In this document: positions 30,957-39,517 of the stretch, in pieces | Layout: each line of letters opens with the position of its first letter | How positions within the stretch are numbered: position 1 is the first letter of the stretch | Source: an uncultured Acidimicrobiia bacterium | GTDB taxonomy: Bacteria; Actinomycetota; Acidimicrobiia; IMCC26256; JAENVU01 | Direction of reading: 5' to 3' | DNA length: 64,000 nt | Assembly: GCA_963820025.1 (NCBI GenBank) | Contig: CAWFYL010000003.1 | Coordinates: 280,261 to 344,260, forward strand | Notes under the pieces: model-generated | The model's database searches: none | Seen by the model: only the letters and a program-made list of their open reading frames with translations | Told to the model about the DNA's origin: nothing | Program-made: the position numbers and the translations under genes

Positions 30957-31014
30957 TAGTGATGACATTGGGTGACATCACCTGGTAGGGTCATGTCATG
31001 CAGTGACATCACTG
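30957..31014. promoter_or_regulatory. array of TGACAT-type palindromes (probable TetR operators) in the TetR / epimerase divergent region
   Basis: GGTGACATCACC at 30971-82 and CAGTGACATCACTG at 31001-14, plus the related GTGATGACAT and GTCATGTCATG. Confidence 0.5.
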
Positions 31015-31040
31015 CCGACGTCGACCGACGGGAGACCCTC

Positions 31041-31940
31041 ATGCGCATCTTCGTCACCGGGGCATCGGGATGGATCGGCTCGGCCGTCGTGCCCGAGCTG
31101 CTCGCCGCCGGACACCAGGTCGCCGGCCTCGCCCGCACGGACGACGCGGCGCGGGCGGTCGCCGCACTCGGCGCCGAGGTGTGCCGCGGCACCCTCGACG
31201 ATCCCGCCACCCTGCGCGACGGTGCCGCCGGCTGCGACGGGGTGGTGCACCTCGCCTACCACCACGACTTCTCCCGCATGGAGGAGGCCGCGGAGACGGA
31301 CCGGCGGGCGATCGAAGCGCTCGGTGCCACGCTGGTCGGCACCGGCGGGCCGCTCGTCGTCGCCTCGGGGCTGCTCGGGCTGGCCCCCGGGCGCGTCGCG
31401 ACCGAGCTCGACGTGCCCGATCCCCGCGTCCACCCGCGGGTCGCCGGGGTGCAGCTGGCCATGGACCTCGCCGATGACGGTGTGCGATCGGTGAGCGTGC
31501 GCTTCGCGCCGACCGTGCACGGTCCCGGCGACCACGGGTTCGTCGCGATCCTCGTCGAGATCGCGCGCGCGTCCGGCGTCTCCGGGTACATCGACGACGG
31601 CAGCAACCGGTGGCCGGCTGTCCATCGGCTCGATGCCGCGTGTCTCGTGCGTCTCGCGGTGGAGCGGGCCCGCGCGGGATCGTCGGTGCACGCGGCGGCC
31701 GAGGAGGGCGTCCCCACCCGGGCGATCGCGGAGGCGATCGGGGCCGGCCTGGACGTCCCCGTCGCCTCGATCCCGGCCGACCGGGCCGACGAGCACTTCG
31801 GGTGGCTGGCCCGCTTCTTCGGTGCAGACGTCGCTGCGTCGAGCACCATCACGCGCGAACTGCTCGACTGGCAGCCCTCGCACCCGGGCCTGATCGAGGA
31901 CCTCGCCGAGGGCTCCTACTTCTCCGCGGCGTCCGGGTGA
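31041..31940 (+). CDS. NAD-dependent epimerase/dehydratase (atypical SDR)
   Basis: ORF 30972..31940 trimmed to ATG 31041 (GGAG SD). MRIFVTGASGWIGSAV Rossmann motif. Confidence 0.85.
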   Translation: MRIFVTGASGWIGSAVVPELLAAGHQVAGLARTDDAARAVAALGAEVCRGTLDDPATLRDGAAGCDGVVHLAYHHDFSRMEEAAETDRRAIEALGATLVGTGGPLVVASGLLGLAPGRVATELDVPDPRVHPRVAGVQLAMDLADDGVRSVSVRFAPTVHGPGDHGFVAILVEIARASGVSGYIDDGSNRWPAVHRLDAACLVRLAVERARAGSSVHAAAEEGVPTRAIAEAIGAGLDVPVASIPADRADEHFGWLARFFGADVAASSTITRELLDWQPSHPGLIEDLAEGSYFSAASG

Positions 31941-31979
31941 TCGGCGCCCCGGCGTGCTCCGCGGCACCGGCGTCGGCTT

Positions 31980-31996
31980 GCCCCCGGCTCGGGGGC
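31980..31996 (+). terminator. GC hairpin after the epimerase gene
   Basis: GCCCCCG-GCT-CGGGGGC, 7-bp stem and 3-nt loop, 40 nt after the stop, followed by GTGTGGT. Confidence 0.35.
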
Positions 31997-32014
31997 GTGT
32001 GGTAGCAAGCGCCC

Positions 32015-32581
32015 GTGTCCGGTGCCGCCGCCCTCGACGATGCGCTCGCGGCACTCGTCGGGAAGCCCATCTCACCGGGCGGGCCGAGCGTCGCGCCGGA
32101 CCCGGTCAACCAACCGATGATCCGGCACTGGGCCGCGGCCTTCGAAGACGCGAACCCGGTCTACGTCGACGCGGATGCGGCGGCCTCGTCCCGTCACGGC
32201 GAGATCGTCGCACCGCCGCTGATGCTGCAGACCTGGTCGATGGCGACGCCGAAGATCGCCGGCATCCGCGAGCGCGGCGGCTCACCGGTCGAGGGTGGGG
32301 GCGCGGAGGTGCTGCGATTGCTCGACGAGGCCGGCTTCGTCGGGACGCTCGCGACCAACTCCGAGTTCGAGATCGACCGATACCTGCACCTGGGCGACGT
32401 CGTCTCGGCGGAGACCGTGCTCGAGTCGGTCTCGCCCGAGAAGCGGACCCGACTCGGCGCCGGCCGGTTCGTCACCTGGGTCACCACCTATACGGACGCG
32501 ACCGGCGAGCGGGTCGGTCGCCAGACGTTCCGGATCCTGAAGTTCGACCCCAGTGGCCTCGTCGACGCGAGTGCGTCGTGA
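32015..32581 (+). CDS. MaoC/FAS1-like dehydratase N-terminal hotdog protein (ChsH2 N-domain-like)
   Basis: 188 aa. MIRHWAAAFEDANPVY and the hotdog pattern. First gene of a 4-gene coupled module. Confidence 0.75.
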   Translation: MSGAAALDDALAALVGKPISPGGPSVAPDPVNQPMIRHWAAAFEDANPVYVDADAAASSRHGEIVAPPLMLQTWSMATPKIAGIRERGGSPVEGGGAEVLRLLDEAGFVGTLATNSEFEIDRYLHLGDVVSAETVLESVSPEKRTRLGAGRFVTWVTTYTDATGERVGRQTFRILKFDPSGLVDASAS

Positions 32582-32985
32582 CCCTCCCGACCCGGCTCGC
32601 CCCGTCGACGTCGCCCGACACGCAGTTCTTCTGGGACGGTCTGCGCGACCGTCGGCTCCTCGTCCAGCGCTGCGACGGCTGCGCGACGTTGCGCCACCCG
32701 CCGCGGCCCATGTGCCCGCGGTGCCACTCGCTCGCGTGGACGCCGATCGCGTCGTCGGGGCGGGGGACGGTCCTCTCCGCGGTGGTGATGCGCCATCCGC
32801 AGTACCCGTGGTTCGAGACCGACCCGGTCGTCGTCCTCGTGGAGCTCGAGGAGGGCTGGCGCCTGGTGTCGAACCTGGTCGGGGTCGAGTCCGCCGACGA
32901 CGTCATGGGCGCGGCCGTCGAGGTCGGCTACGAGGACTTCGAGGGCGATCTGACGCTGCCGATGTTCCGGATCCTGGGCTCGTGA
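32578..32985 (+). CDS. DUF35 OB-fold / rubredoxin-like zinc-ribbon protein
   Basis: GTG 32578 (GTGA overlap). CDGCATLRHPPRPMCPRCHS zinc ribbon followed by an OB-fold segment. Confidence 0.8.
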   Translation: MTLPTRLAPSTSPDTQFFWDGLRDRRLLVQRCDGCATLRHPPRPMCPRCHSLAWTPIASSGRGTVLSAVVMRHPQYPWFETDPVVVLVELEEGWRLVSNLVGVESADDVMGAAVEVGYEDFEGDLTLPMFRILGS

Positions 32986-33407
32986 GCGTCGACGGCGCTC
33001 CCGTCGCGGTCGGGGACGAGCTGCCGCCGCTCGTGATCGACGTGACCGCGAGCGTCATCGTGGCCGGCGCGATCGCGTCGCGTGACTACATGCCCGTGCA
33101 CCACGACCGTGACTACGCGCAGGCACAGGGCGCACCGGACATCTTCATGAACATCCTCTCGGACACGGGCTACTGCAGCCGGTTCCTGACCGACTGGGCC
33201 GGCTCCGACGCGCGGATCCGCCGGATCGCGATCCGCCTCGGCGTGCCCGTGCACCCCGGCCACACCCTCACCTACACCGGCCACGTGACCGGGGTGCGCG
33301 ACGACGGCGACGAGACCGTCGTCGACGTGGCGTTCACCGCGATGGACGACCTCGGCGAGCACGTCGGCGGCACTGCCGAGGTCGGGCTGCCCCGGGGCTC
33401 CGGTTGA
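32982..33407 (+). CDS. MaoC-like hotdog (R)-hydratase subunit (ChsH1-like)
   Basis: GTG 32982 (GTGA overlap). ASRDYMPVHHDRDYAQAQG active-site-like motif. Confidence 0.75.
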   Translation: MSVDGAPVAVGDELPPLVIDVTASVIVAGAIASRDYMPVHHDRDYAQAQGAPDIFMNILSDTGYCSRFLTDWAGSDARIRRIAIRLGVPVHPGHTLTYTGHVTGVRDDGDETVVDVAFTAMDDLGEHVGGTAEVGLPRGSG

Positions 33408-34570
33408 GCACGCTCCCCGGAACGGCCGCGATCGCGGGGATCGGGCAGACCGAGTTCTCCAAGGAGTCGGGCCGCACCGAGCTGCAGCTCGCGTGCGAGT
33501 GCGTGCTCGCGGCCCTCGACGACGCCGGCCTGGCCGCGTCCGACGTCGACGGGCTCGTGACCTTCACCCTCGACACGAGCGAGGAGATGGAGGTCGCCCG
33601 CAACCTCGGCATGGAGCGGCTCTCGATGTTCGCCCGAATCCCCTACGGCGGGGGCGCGTCGGCGGCGACCGTGATGCAGGCGGCGATGGCCGTCGCGACG
33701 GGCACCGCCGAGGTCGTCGTCTGCTACCGCGCCTTCAACGAGCGCTCCGGCATGCGCTTCGGGAACCTCGGCGCGGTCGGCGGTGGCGGCCTGCCGCTCT
33801 GGTTGTCGTGGTACGGGCCCTTCGGGCTCCTCTCGCCCGCGGGTTGGGTGGGGCTGCACGCCCGTCGCTACATGGAGGCCTACGGGGTCGGGAACGAGGA
33901 TTTCGGGACCATCGCGGTGGTCGACCGCGCGCACACGGCCACGAACCCCGATGCCTGGTTCTACGAGCGACCGATCACGATCGAGGACCACCAGGCCTCG
34001 CGCTGGATCGTCGAGCCCGTGCTCCGCCTGCTCGACTGCTGCCAGGAGAGCGACGGCGGGGTGGCGCTCGTCGTCACGTCGGTCGAGCGGGCACGGGACC
34101 TGCGCCAGCCGGTCGCGGTGGTCGAGGCGGCGGCGCAGGGTGCGTCGGATGACGGCGAGATGATGACGAGCTACTACCGCGACGACCTGACCGGTCTCCC
34201 CGAGATGGGGGTCGTCGCCGACCAGCTGTGGCGGCAGTCCGGTCTCGCGCCGGGCGACATCTCGACCGCGTTCCTGTACGACCACTTCACGCCGTTCGTG
34301 CTCATGCAGCTCGAGGAGCTCGGGTTCTGCGGCCGGGGCGAAGCGAAGGAGTTCGCCACCGTCGAACGCCTCTCGCTCGACGGCGAGCTGCCGATCAACA
34401 CGAGCGGTGGTCTGCTCGGCGAGGCGTACATCCACGGAATGAACGGCATCACCGAATGCGTCCGCCAGTTGCGCGGCACCGCGGTGAACCAGGTTCCCGA
34501 CGTCGAGCACGTGCTCGTGACCGCGGGCACCGGAGTGCCGACGAGCGGCTTGATCCTCGGGTCCGGCTGA
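33404..34570 (+). CDS. thiolase-like lipid-transfer protein (Ltp2/SCP-x-type, probable retro-aldolase)
   Basis: 388 aa. TTG start (TTGA overlap). AAIAGIGQTEFSK, CQESDGG and INTSGGLLGEAYIHG motifs typical of DUF35-partnered thiolase-like proteins. Confidence 0.85.
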   Translation: MSTLPGTAAIAGIGQTEFSKESGRTELQLACECVLAALDDAGLAASDVDGLVTFTLDTSEEMEVARNLGMERLSMFARIPYGGGASAATVMQAAMAVATGTAEVVVCYRAFNERSGMRFGNLGAVGGGGLPLWLSWYGPFGLLSPAGWVGLHARRYMEAYGVGNEDFGTIAVVDRAHTATNPDAWFYERPITIEDHQASRWIVEPVLRLLDCCQESDGGVALVVTSVERARDLRQPVAVVEAAAQGASDDGEMMTSYYRDDLTGLPEMGVVADQLWRQSGLAPGDISTAFLYDHFTPFVLMQLEELGFCGRGEAKEFATVERLSLDGELPINTSGGLLGEAYIHGMNGITECVRQLRGTAVNQVPDVEHVLVTAGTGVPTSGLILGSG

Positions 34571-34616
34571 GTCTCCGCCCCGCGCCGGTCGCTGCCTCTG
34601 CAGTTAGGGTCGGACG

Positions 34617-36110
34617 ATGGCTCGTGAGGTGGTGACGGGGTACTGCTGGCCGCAGTCGGTCGGCCCGGGCGAGCAGGTCGGTCTGCATCTGTCGTCGTCC
34701 GGCGGGCGGCCGGTGCGCGTCGAGGCGGCGCGCGTCGGCGCCGGACGCGAGGTGGTGCTCCGTTCGGAGGCGGTCGCCGCCGACGAGCACGACACTCCGC
34801 CGGACGCCGCCGCGAACGGGTGCGGATGGCCGGTCGCGCTCACGCTCGACGTCGACCCGGCATGGCGATCGGGCTACTACGAGGTCGTCATGGAGATCGA
34901 CGTCGGCGAGAAGGTGCGCCGCGACTTCGCGTTCTTCGTCGTGCGTCCGTCGTCCGGGACGCGCATCGTCCTCGCACTGGCCACCAACACGTGGCACGCC
35001 TACAACGACTTCGGCGGACCGAACCTCTACACCGGGGGCACGCAGGTCGCGCTGCAACGTCCGATGGCACCGGGCTACCTGTTCAAGCCGCCGGGCAAAG
35101 GCCGCCGCGTGACGGGCACGGGCGCTCCCGACCCGCAGAACGCCGCGCACGTCGGCTACCTGCAGCTCAACCACCTGTCGGGCTACGCCGGGTCGGCGGG
35201 TTGGCCGGATTGGGAGCTGCCGTTCATCGAGTGGGCCGAGCGCGAAGGGTTCGAGATCGGTGTGTGCACGAACGCCGACCTCGAGGAGCATCCCGAGGTG
35301 CTGGACGACGCGAGTCTCTACCTGTCGGTCGGCCACGATGAGTACTGGTCGTGGGGGATGCGCGACACGGTCGAGCAGTTCGTCGCGCGTGGCGGCAACG
35401 CGGCGTTCTTCTCCGGCAACACGTCGCTGTGGCAGGTGCGCATCGAGGGCGACGACCACGACGTCATGGTCGGGTACAAGGGCTTCATGAAGCGCGACCC
35501 GCTGATGGGCACCGACCGTGAGCGGGAGGTGACAACGTTCTGGTCCGACGTGATCGTCGGCCGCCCCGAGAACCAGATGACCGGCGTCTCGTTCACCCGC
35601 GGCGGCTACCACCGCATCGGCCGGAACGTCACCTCGGGGCTCGGCGGCTACACCGTCCACCGCGCGGATCACTGGATCTTCACCGGTACCGGGCTGGGCT
35701 ACGGAGATGTGCTCGGCGCCGGCGCCACGACCGTCGGCTACGAGTGCGACGGGTGCGCGTTCACCTACCGCGACGGGCTGCCGTTCCCGACCGGCGAGGA
35801 CGGCACCCCGTCGACCTTCGAGATCCTGGCCACCTGCCCGACCCGGCACTTCACCCGCGACACCGCACCCCGCCCGCCGAAGCCGGGGGAGCCGAGCGAG
35901 CTGGAGTACATCGCTTCACGGGTGTTCGGGACCCGTGATCCCGCGGCGATGGACCGCATCCGTCACGGCCATGCGGTGCTCGGTGCGTACACGAACGACG
36001 CGGGCGCGACCGTCGTGACGTCCGGGTCGACCGACTGGGCGCACGGGCTCGCCGGGCGCGACCCTCAGGTCGAGCAGATCACCCGCAACGTTCTGACCCG
36101 TCTGCGGTAG
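34617..36110 (+). CDS. N,N-dimethylformamidase large-subunit-like protein
   Basis: 497 aa. LATNTWHAYNDFGG, GHDEYWS and FFSGNTSLWQVR resemble the DMFase beta-subunit family. No small-subunit gene is adjacent. Confidence 0.7.
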   Translation: MAREVVTGYCWPQSVGPGEQVGLHLSSSGGRPVRVEAARVGAGREVVLRSEAVAADEHDTPPDAAANGCGWPVALTLDVDPAWRSGYYEVVMEIDVGEKVRRDFAFFVVRPSSGTRIVLALATNTWHAYNDFGGPNLYTGGTQVALQRPMAPGYLFKPPGKGRRVTGTGAPDPQNAAHVGYLQLNHLSGYAGSAGWPDWELPFIEWAEREGFEIGVCTNADLEEHPEVLDDASLYLSVGHDEYWSWGMRDTVEQFVARGGNAAFFSGNTSLWQVRIEGDDHDVMVGYKGFMKRDPLMGTDREREVTTFWSDVIVGRPENQMTGVSFTRGGYHRIGRNVTSGLGGYTVHRADHWIFTGTGLGYGDVLGAGATTVGYECDGCAFTYRDGLPFPTGEDGTPSTFEILATCPTRHFTRDTAPRPPKPGEPSELEYIASRVFGTRDPAAMDRIRHGHAVLGAYTNDAGATVVTSGSTDWAHGLAGRDPQVEQITRNVLTRLR

Positions 36111-36119
36111 GAGCACAGC

Positions 36120-36797
36120 ATGGCGCGGTGGCTGCTCAAGTCCGAACCCGACGTGTTCTCGTATGACGACCTGGTGCGTGCCCGGCGAGAGGGCTGGGAC
36201 GGGATCCGGAGCTACCAGGCGCGCAACTTCATGCGCGAGATGCGCGAGGGCGACCAGGCGATCTACTACCACTCGAACACCAAGCCGCCCGGCGTCGCCG
36301 GCATCCTCTCGGTCCTGCAGCTCTCGGACCGCGAGTTCGAGCATCGTCGCGTTCTCGCTTCGCGACTCGAGGTAGCGATGGACGACATCGAGGCGATCCG
36401 GCAGCTCAAAGCCCGCTACTTCCGCACCATGGACACCAAGGACTGGGACGGCATGCGGCAGGTGTTCACCGATGACGTCGTGATGGACACCAGCGCAGCC
36501 GGCGGCGGCGTCGTGCGCGGGGCGGATGCATTCATCACGGTCCTGCGCGAGATGCTGGACGGCGCGGTGACGGTGCATCAGGGCCACATGCCGGAGATCG
36601 AGCTCACCTCCGAGACCACCGCCACCGGCATCTGGGCGCTGAACGACATCGTGATCTTCCCCGGTGGCACCCGCCTCGACGGCTACGGGCACTACCACGA
36701 GACCTACGCGCGGACCGCCGACGGCTGGCGCATCGCGTCGTCCACGCTGACGCGGGTCCACGTCGACCTCGTGGTTCCCGATCCCGACGGTGGCTGA
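36120..36797 (+). CDS. chimeric ORF: N-terminal EVE-domain fragment fused in frame to a SnoaL-like (NTF2-fold) domain
   Basis: The first ~66 aa (MARWLLKSEPDVFSYDDL...WDGIRSYQARNFMREMREGDQAIYYHSNTKPPGVAGI) match the N-terminal half of EVE domains. From internal ATG 36378, MDDIEAIRQLKARYFRTMDTKDWDGM... is a complete SnoaL-like domain. Confidence 0.6.
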   Translation: MARWLLKSEPDVFSYDDLVRARREGWDGIRSYQARNFMREMREGDQAIYYHSNTKPPGVAGILSVLQLSDREFEHRRVLASRLEVAMDDIEAIRQLKARYFRTMDTKDWDGMRQVFTDDVVMDTSAAGGGVVRGADAFITVLREMLDGAVTVHQGHMPEIELTSETTATGIWALNDIVIFPGGTRLDGYGHYHETYARTADGWRIASSTLTRVHVDLVVPDPDGG

Positions 36798-36843
36798 GGC
36801 GCGTCGAGCTCCGAGCCCATCGGCGCATCGGTGATCGCGACGG

Positions 36844-37989
36844 TCAGCGGCGCGCGGGCTCGAAGGCGTCCTTCGTGGCGACGACGGACGCGAGGAGCTC
36901 GTTCGGTCCCGGGTCGAGCCGGTTGCACCAGGCGACGACGGTGCTGTGCGAGCGAGCGTCGAACGCGACGATCACCTGAGCGCCGGGGGAGACGCCACCG
37001 TGACCGTGGACGTCGAATCGCCGGCCGAGCAGCAGGTCGTGGGCCGTGAGCGTGCTCACCGACCGTGCGAGATGTCGACGCGACGCCCTCGAGAGCAACG
37101 CGCCGGTGTCGAACAGTGCGTGGGTGAACTTCAGGAGATCGGGGACGCTCGAGAAGAGCCCGGCGCCGGCGGGATCGATCGTGAGTGCCGCGGTGCGGGG
37201 GAACGCGCCGATGTCGGTGGGCGTCCCGGTGCCGGTGACGTCGAAGAGGCCGTGGAACACGATCGCGTTCGCTCGCTTCAGCTCGTCGGGCCCGTAGAGG
37301 GTGTGGTCGAGGCGGAGCGGATCGATGATCCGGCGACGCATGAGCGCACCGAGGCTCTGTCGGGTGAGCTGTTGCAGGATCGCCCCGAGGACGATCGTGT
37401 TTGCGTTCGAGTAGTGGTAGGTCGCCCCCGGCTCGGCGACGGGTGGGACCGCACGGACCCGGTCGAGCACCTCGTCGTAGGAGAACGCGCGCGTCGGGTC
37501 GGCGAGGACGAGCTCGCGCAGGTCAGGTCCGAAGTCGTTGCCGTAATCGCCCATGCCACTGCGATGACCGAGCAGCATGCGGACGGTGATGCGATCGCCG
37601 CGGGGCCACCGTGGGAGGAAGCGGTCGACCGGGTCGTCGAGCGAGAGCCTCCCCGCTTCGACGAGCTGGTACGCGACGACGGCGACGAACAGCTTGGTCA
37701 CGCTCCCGGCGAGGAACTGTGCGCCGCGGCCGAGCGGGATGCCCCGTGCCAGCGCCCCGGCTGACGCGAACGACGTCGTGGCGCGTCGGCTGCGGTACCC
37801 GACGGCCGCGCCGGGCGACCGGCAGGTCCGGCGGTACCGCGCCGTGACCGATCCGAGGTCGATCGCGTGGTCGATCGCGTGGTCGATCGCGTGGTCGTGC
37901 GCCGGCTCCCCGGTCACCGCGCCTGCGTTGCCGGCGAGCAGCACGAGGGCGGTCCCGGAGGCGACGGTCCGGAGCAGGCGGGTCGACAT
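36844..37989 (-). CDS. serine hydrolase (beta-lactamase / D-Ala-D-Ala carboxypeptidase family), secreted
   Basis: SxxK motif (GSVTK). Signal peptide MSTRLLRTVASGTALVLLAG. ATG 37989 is preferred over the ORF-track start at 38010. Confidence 0.85.
   Translation of the reverse strand: MSTRLLRTVASGTALVLLAGNAGAVTGEPAHDHAIDHAIDHAIDLGSVTARYRRTCRSPGAAVGYRSRRATTSFASAGALARGIPLGRGAQFLAGSVTKLFVAVVAYQLVEAGRLSLDDPVDRFLPRWPRGDRITVRMLLGHRSGMGDYGNDFGPDLRELVLADPTRAFSYDEVLDRVRAVPPVAEPGATYHYSNANTIVLGAILQQLTRQSLGALMRRRIIDPLRLDHTLYGPDELKRANAIVFHGLFDVTGTGTPTDIGAFPRTAALTIDPAGAGLFSSVPDLLKFTHALFDTGALLSRASRRHLARSVSTLTAHDLLLGRRFDVHGHGGVSPGAQVIVAFDARSHSTVVAWCNRLDPGPNELLASVVATKDAFEPARR
37858..37897. repeat. 12-bp tandem repeat, 3 perfect copies plus 4 nt (GTCGATCGCGTG)
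   Basis: Read directly from the sequence. Encodes HAIDHAIDHAID just after the signal peptide of the serine hydrolase. Confidence 0.9.
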
Positions 37990-38000
37990 CCGGTTATTAG

Positions 38001-38015
38001 AATGAACCATTCATT
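38001..38015. promoter_or_regulatory. AATGAA-N3-TTCATT inverted repeat (probable TetR operator)
   Basis: Sits in the only AT-rich stretch between the divergent serine hydrolase (start 37989) and TetR (start 38027). Confidence 0.5.
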
Positions 38016-38026
38016 ATACTGTCAAG

Positions 38027-38710
38027 ATGCCACCGGCCCGGAGCCGCGAGCGACTCGTCGCCATCGTCGACGCGGCCACCGACGTGTTCGGCCGGGAGGG
38101 GTTCGCGGCGGCGCCGATGGTGGAGATCGCCCGGGTCGCCGGCGTCTCGGTGGGGACGCTCTACAACTACGTCGAGGGCAAGGAGGCCCTGCTGCTGCTC
38201 TGTGCCGAGCGCCCGTTCGCCGACCCCTTGGGTGACCGGCCGCTGCCGGTCGGGGCGATCGATCGGCCCGCGCTGGTCGCCGCGGTCGAAGCGACGCTGG
38301 CCGAGCGGGTCCGAGTCCCGACCCTGGAGCGCGCGCTGGACGCGGCGGATCGGACCGTGGATGGGCGGGCCGAGCTGGAAGCGATCGTCTCGGAGCTCTT
38401 CGATCTCTTCTCCAGCACCCGGCGCGCCGCGGACGCGATGGAGCGGTGCGCACGGGACGCGCCCGACCTCGCGGAGCTCTTCTACCGGGGCGTCCGCGGG
38501 CGCCTGCTCGCGCAGCTCGCCGCGTACCTCGAACGGCGCCGGGACGAGGGGGCATCGGCCTCCGTCCCGCCCGACGCCGCGGCGCGCTTCGTCCTCGAGA
38601 CCGTGACGTGGTGGGCGCGCCACCGACATCGCGATCCCGAGCCGCCCGCGATCGACGACGCCGCCGCGCGTGACGTGGTCGTCGAGCTCGTCGTGCACGC
38701 GCTCCTCTGA
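38027..38710 (+). CDS. TetR-family transcriptional regulator
   Basis: 227 aa. AATDVFGREGFAAAPMVEIARVAGVSVGTLYNYVEGKEAL. Divergent from the serine hydrolase. Confidence 0.9.
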   Translation: MPPARSRERLVAIVDAATDVFGREGFAAAPMVEIARVAGVSVGTLYNYVEGKEALLLLCAERPFADPLGDRPLPVGAIDRPALVAAVEATLAERVRVPTLERALDAADRTVDGRAELEAIVSELFDLFSSTRRAADAMERCARDAPDLAELFYRGVRGRLLAQLAAYLERRRDEGASASVPPDAAARFVLETVTWWARHRHRDPEPPAIDDAAARDVVVELVVHALL

Positions 38711-38970
38711 GCGCGGTGCTGCTCGGAACCAGTCACGCCAGCTCCGCCGTGCCGGTGGTCTCGGAGTCGACCGAGGCCAGCACCCGGCCGCGGAGGTCGC
38801 CGAGGCGCACCAGGCCACGCGTGACCGCGCGCTCGATCAATCCGCGGGCGGAGGAGCGCTCGAGGCCGACACATCGAGGTGGCCCGGCGCGCAACCGGCG
38901 CTGACCGACGCATCGTGATCGCGCCGTAGCCCGCCTGGACGCCGGTTTACTAAGTTGCTAGCTTACTGGC

Positions 38971-39147
38971 GTGGGTGACGACGAGGTCAAGCAGTTCAAC
39001 GTGTACCTGCCGATCGGGCTGATCAAGCAGGTGAAACACCGCGCCATCGAGGCCGAGCTGTCGCTGTCGGCACTCGTCGCCGACGCGTTGCGCGCCTACC
39101 TCGCCGATCCCACCGCCCCGCCACGATCCTCCCGGGAGAAGACCTGA
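38971..39147 (+). CDS. ribbon-helix-helix (CopG/ParD-like) small protein, 58 aa, absent from the ORF track
   Basis: GTG 38971 to TGA 39145-47. Translation [58 protein letters not shown] shows a beta-strand/helix/helix pattern. The next gene starts 2 nt downstream. Confidence 0.6.
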   Translation: MGDDEVKQFNVYLPIGLIKQVKHRAIEAELSLSALVADALRAYLADPTAPPRSSREKT

Positions 39148-39148
39148 C

Positions 39149-39517
39149 ATGACCGGCACCGACGGCATCGAGGCCGTGTTCCTGACCACCCACAACTGGG
39201 GCAAGGCGGCCAAGTTCTTCCAGGCCCTGGGCTACGAGCTGGAGTTCGCGACCGACCACGACTCCGGCCAGCTGCGCAACGGCGACGGCCCGTACCTGTT
39301 CATCGCCGAGGTCCCCGAGGACGAGGACCCGGCGCTCCGGCTCGTGCTGAAGGTGGGCGACGCCGACGCGCTCCGGCTCGATCCCGGGGTCGAGGTCGTC
39401 ACCCCGTTCGAGGAGACGCACTGGGGCACCCGGGAGATGACGGTGCGCGACCCCGACGGTCGCGCCTGGAGCCTCCAGGCTCCTGGGCCCGGAACGTCAC
39501 CTTCCGGCGCGTCGTGA
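39149..39517 (+). CDS. VOC (glyoxalase fold) family protein
   Basis: 122 aa. FFQALGYELEF and WGTREMTVRDPDGRAWSL motifs. Confidence 0.75.
   Translation: MTGTDGIEAVFLTTHNWGKAAKFFQALGYELEFATDHDSGQLRNGDGPYLFIAEVPEDEDPALRLVLKVGDADALRLDPGVEVVTPFEETHWGTREMTVRDPDGRAWSLQAPGPGTSPSGAS

Noticed and set aside
38730-38900. Minus-strand reading ...LERSSARGLIERAVTRGLVRLGDLRGRVLASVDSETTGTAELA*, resembling the C-terminal wing of a winged-helix regulator.
   Set aside because: About 50 codons only, with no ATG/GTG start, SD or N-terminal HTH. At best it is another gene relic, and there is too little signal to call it.
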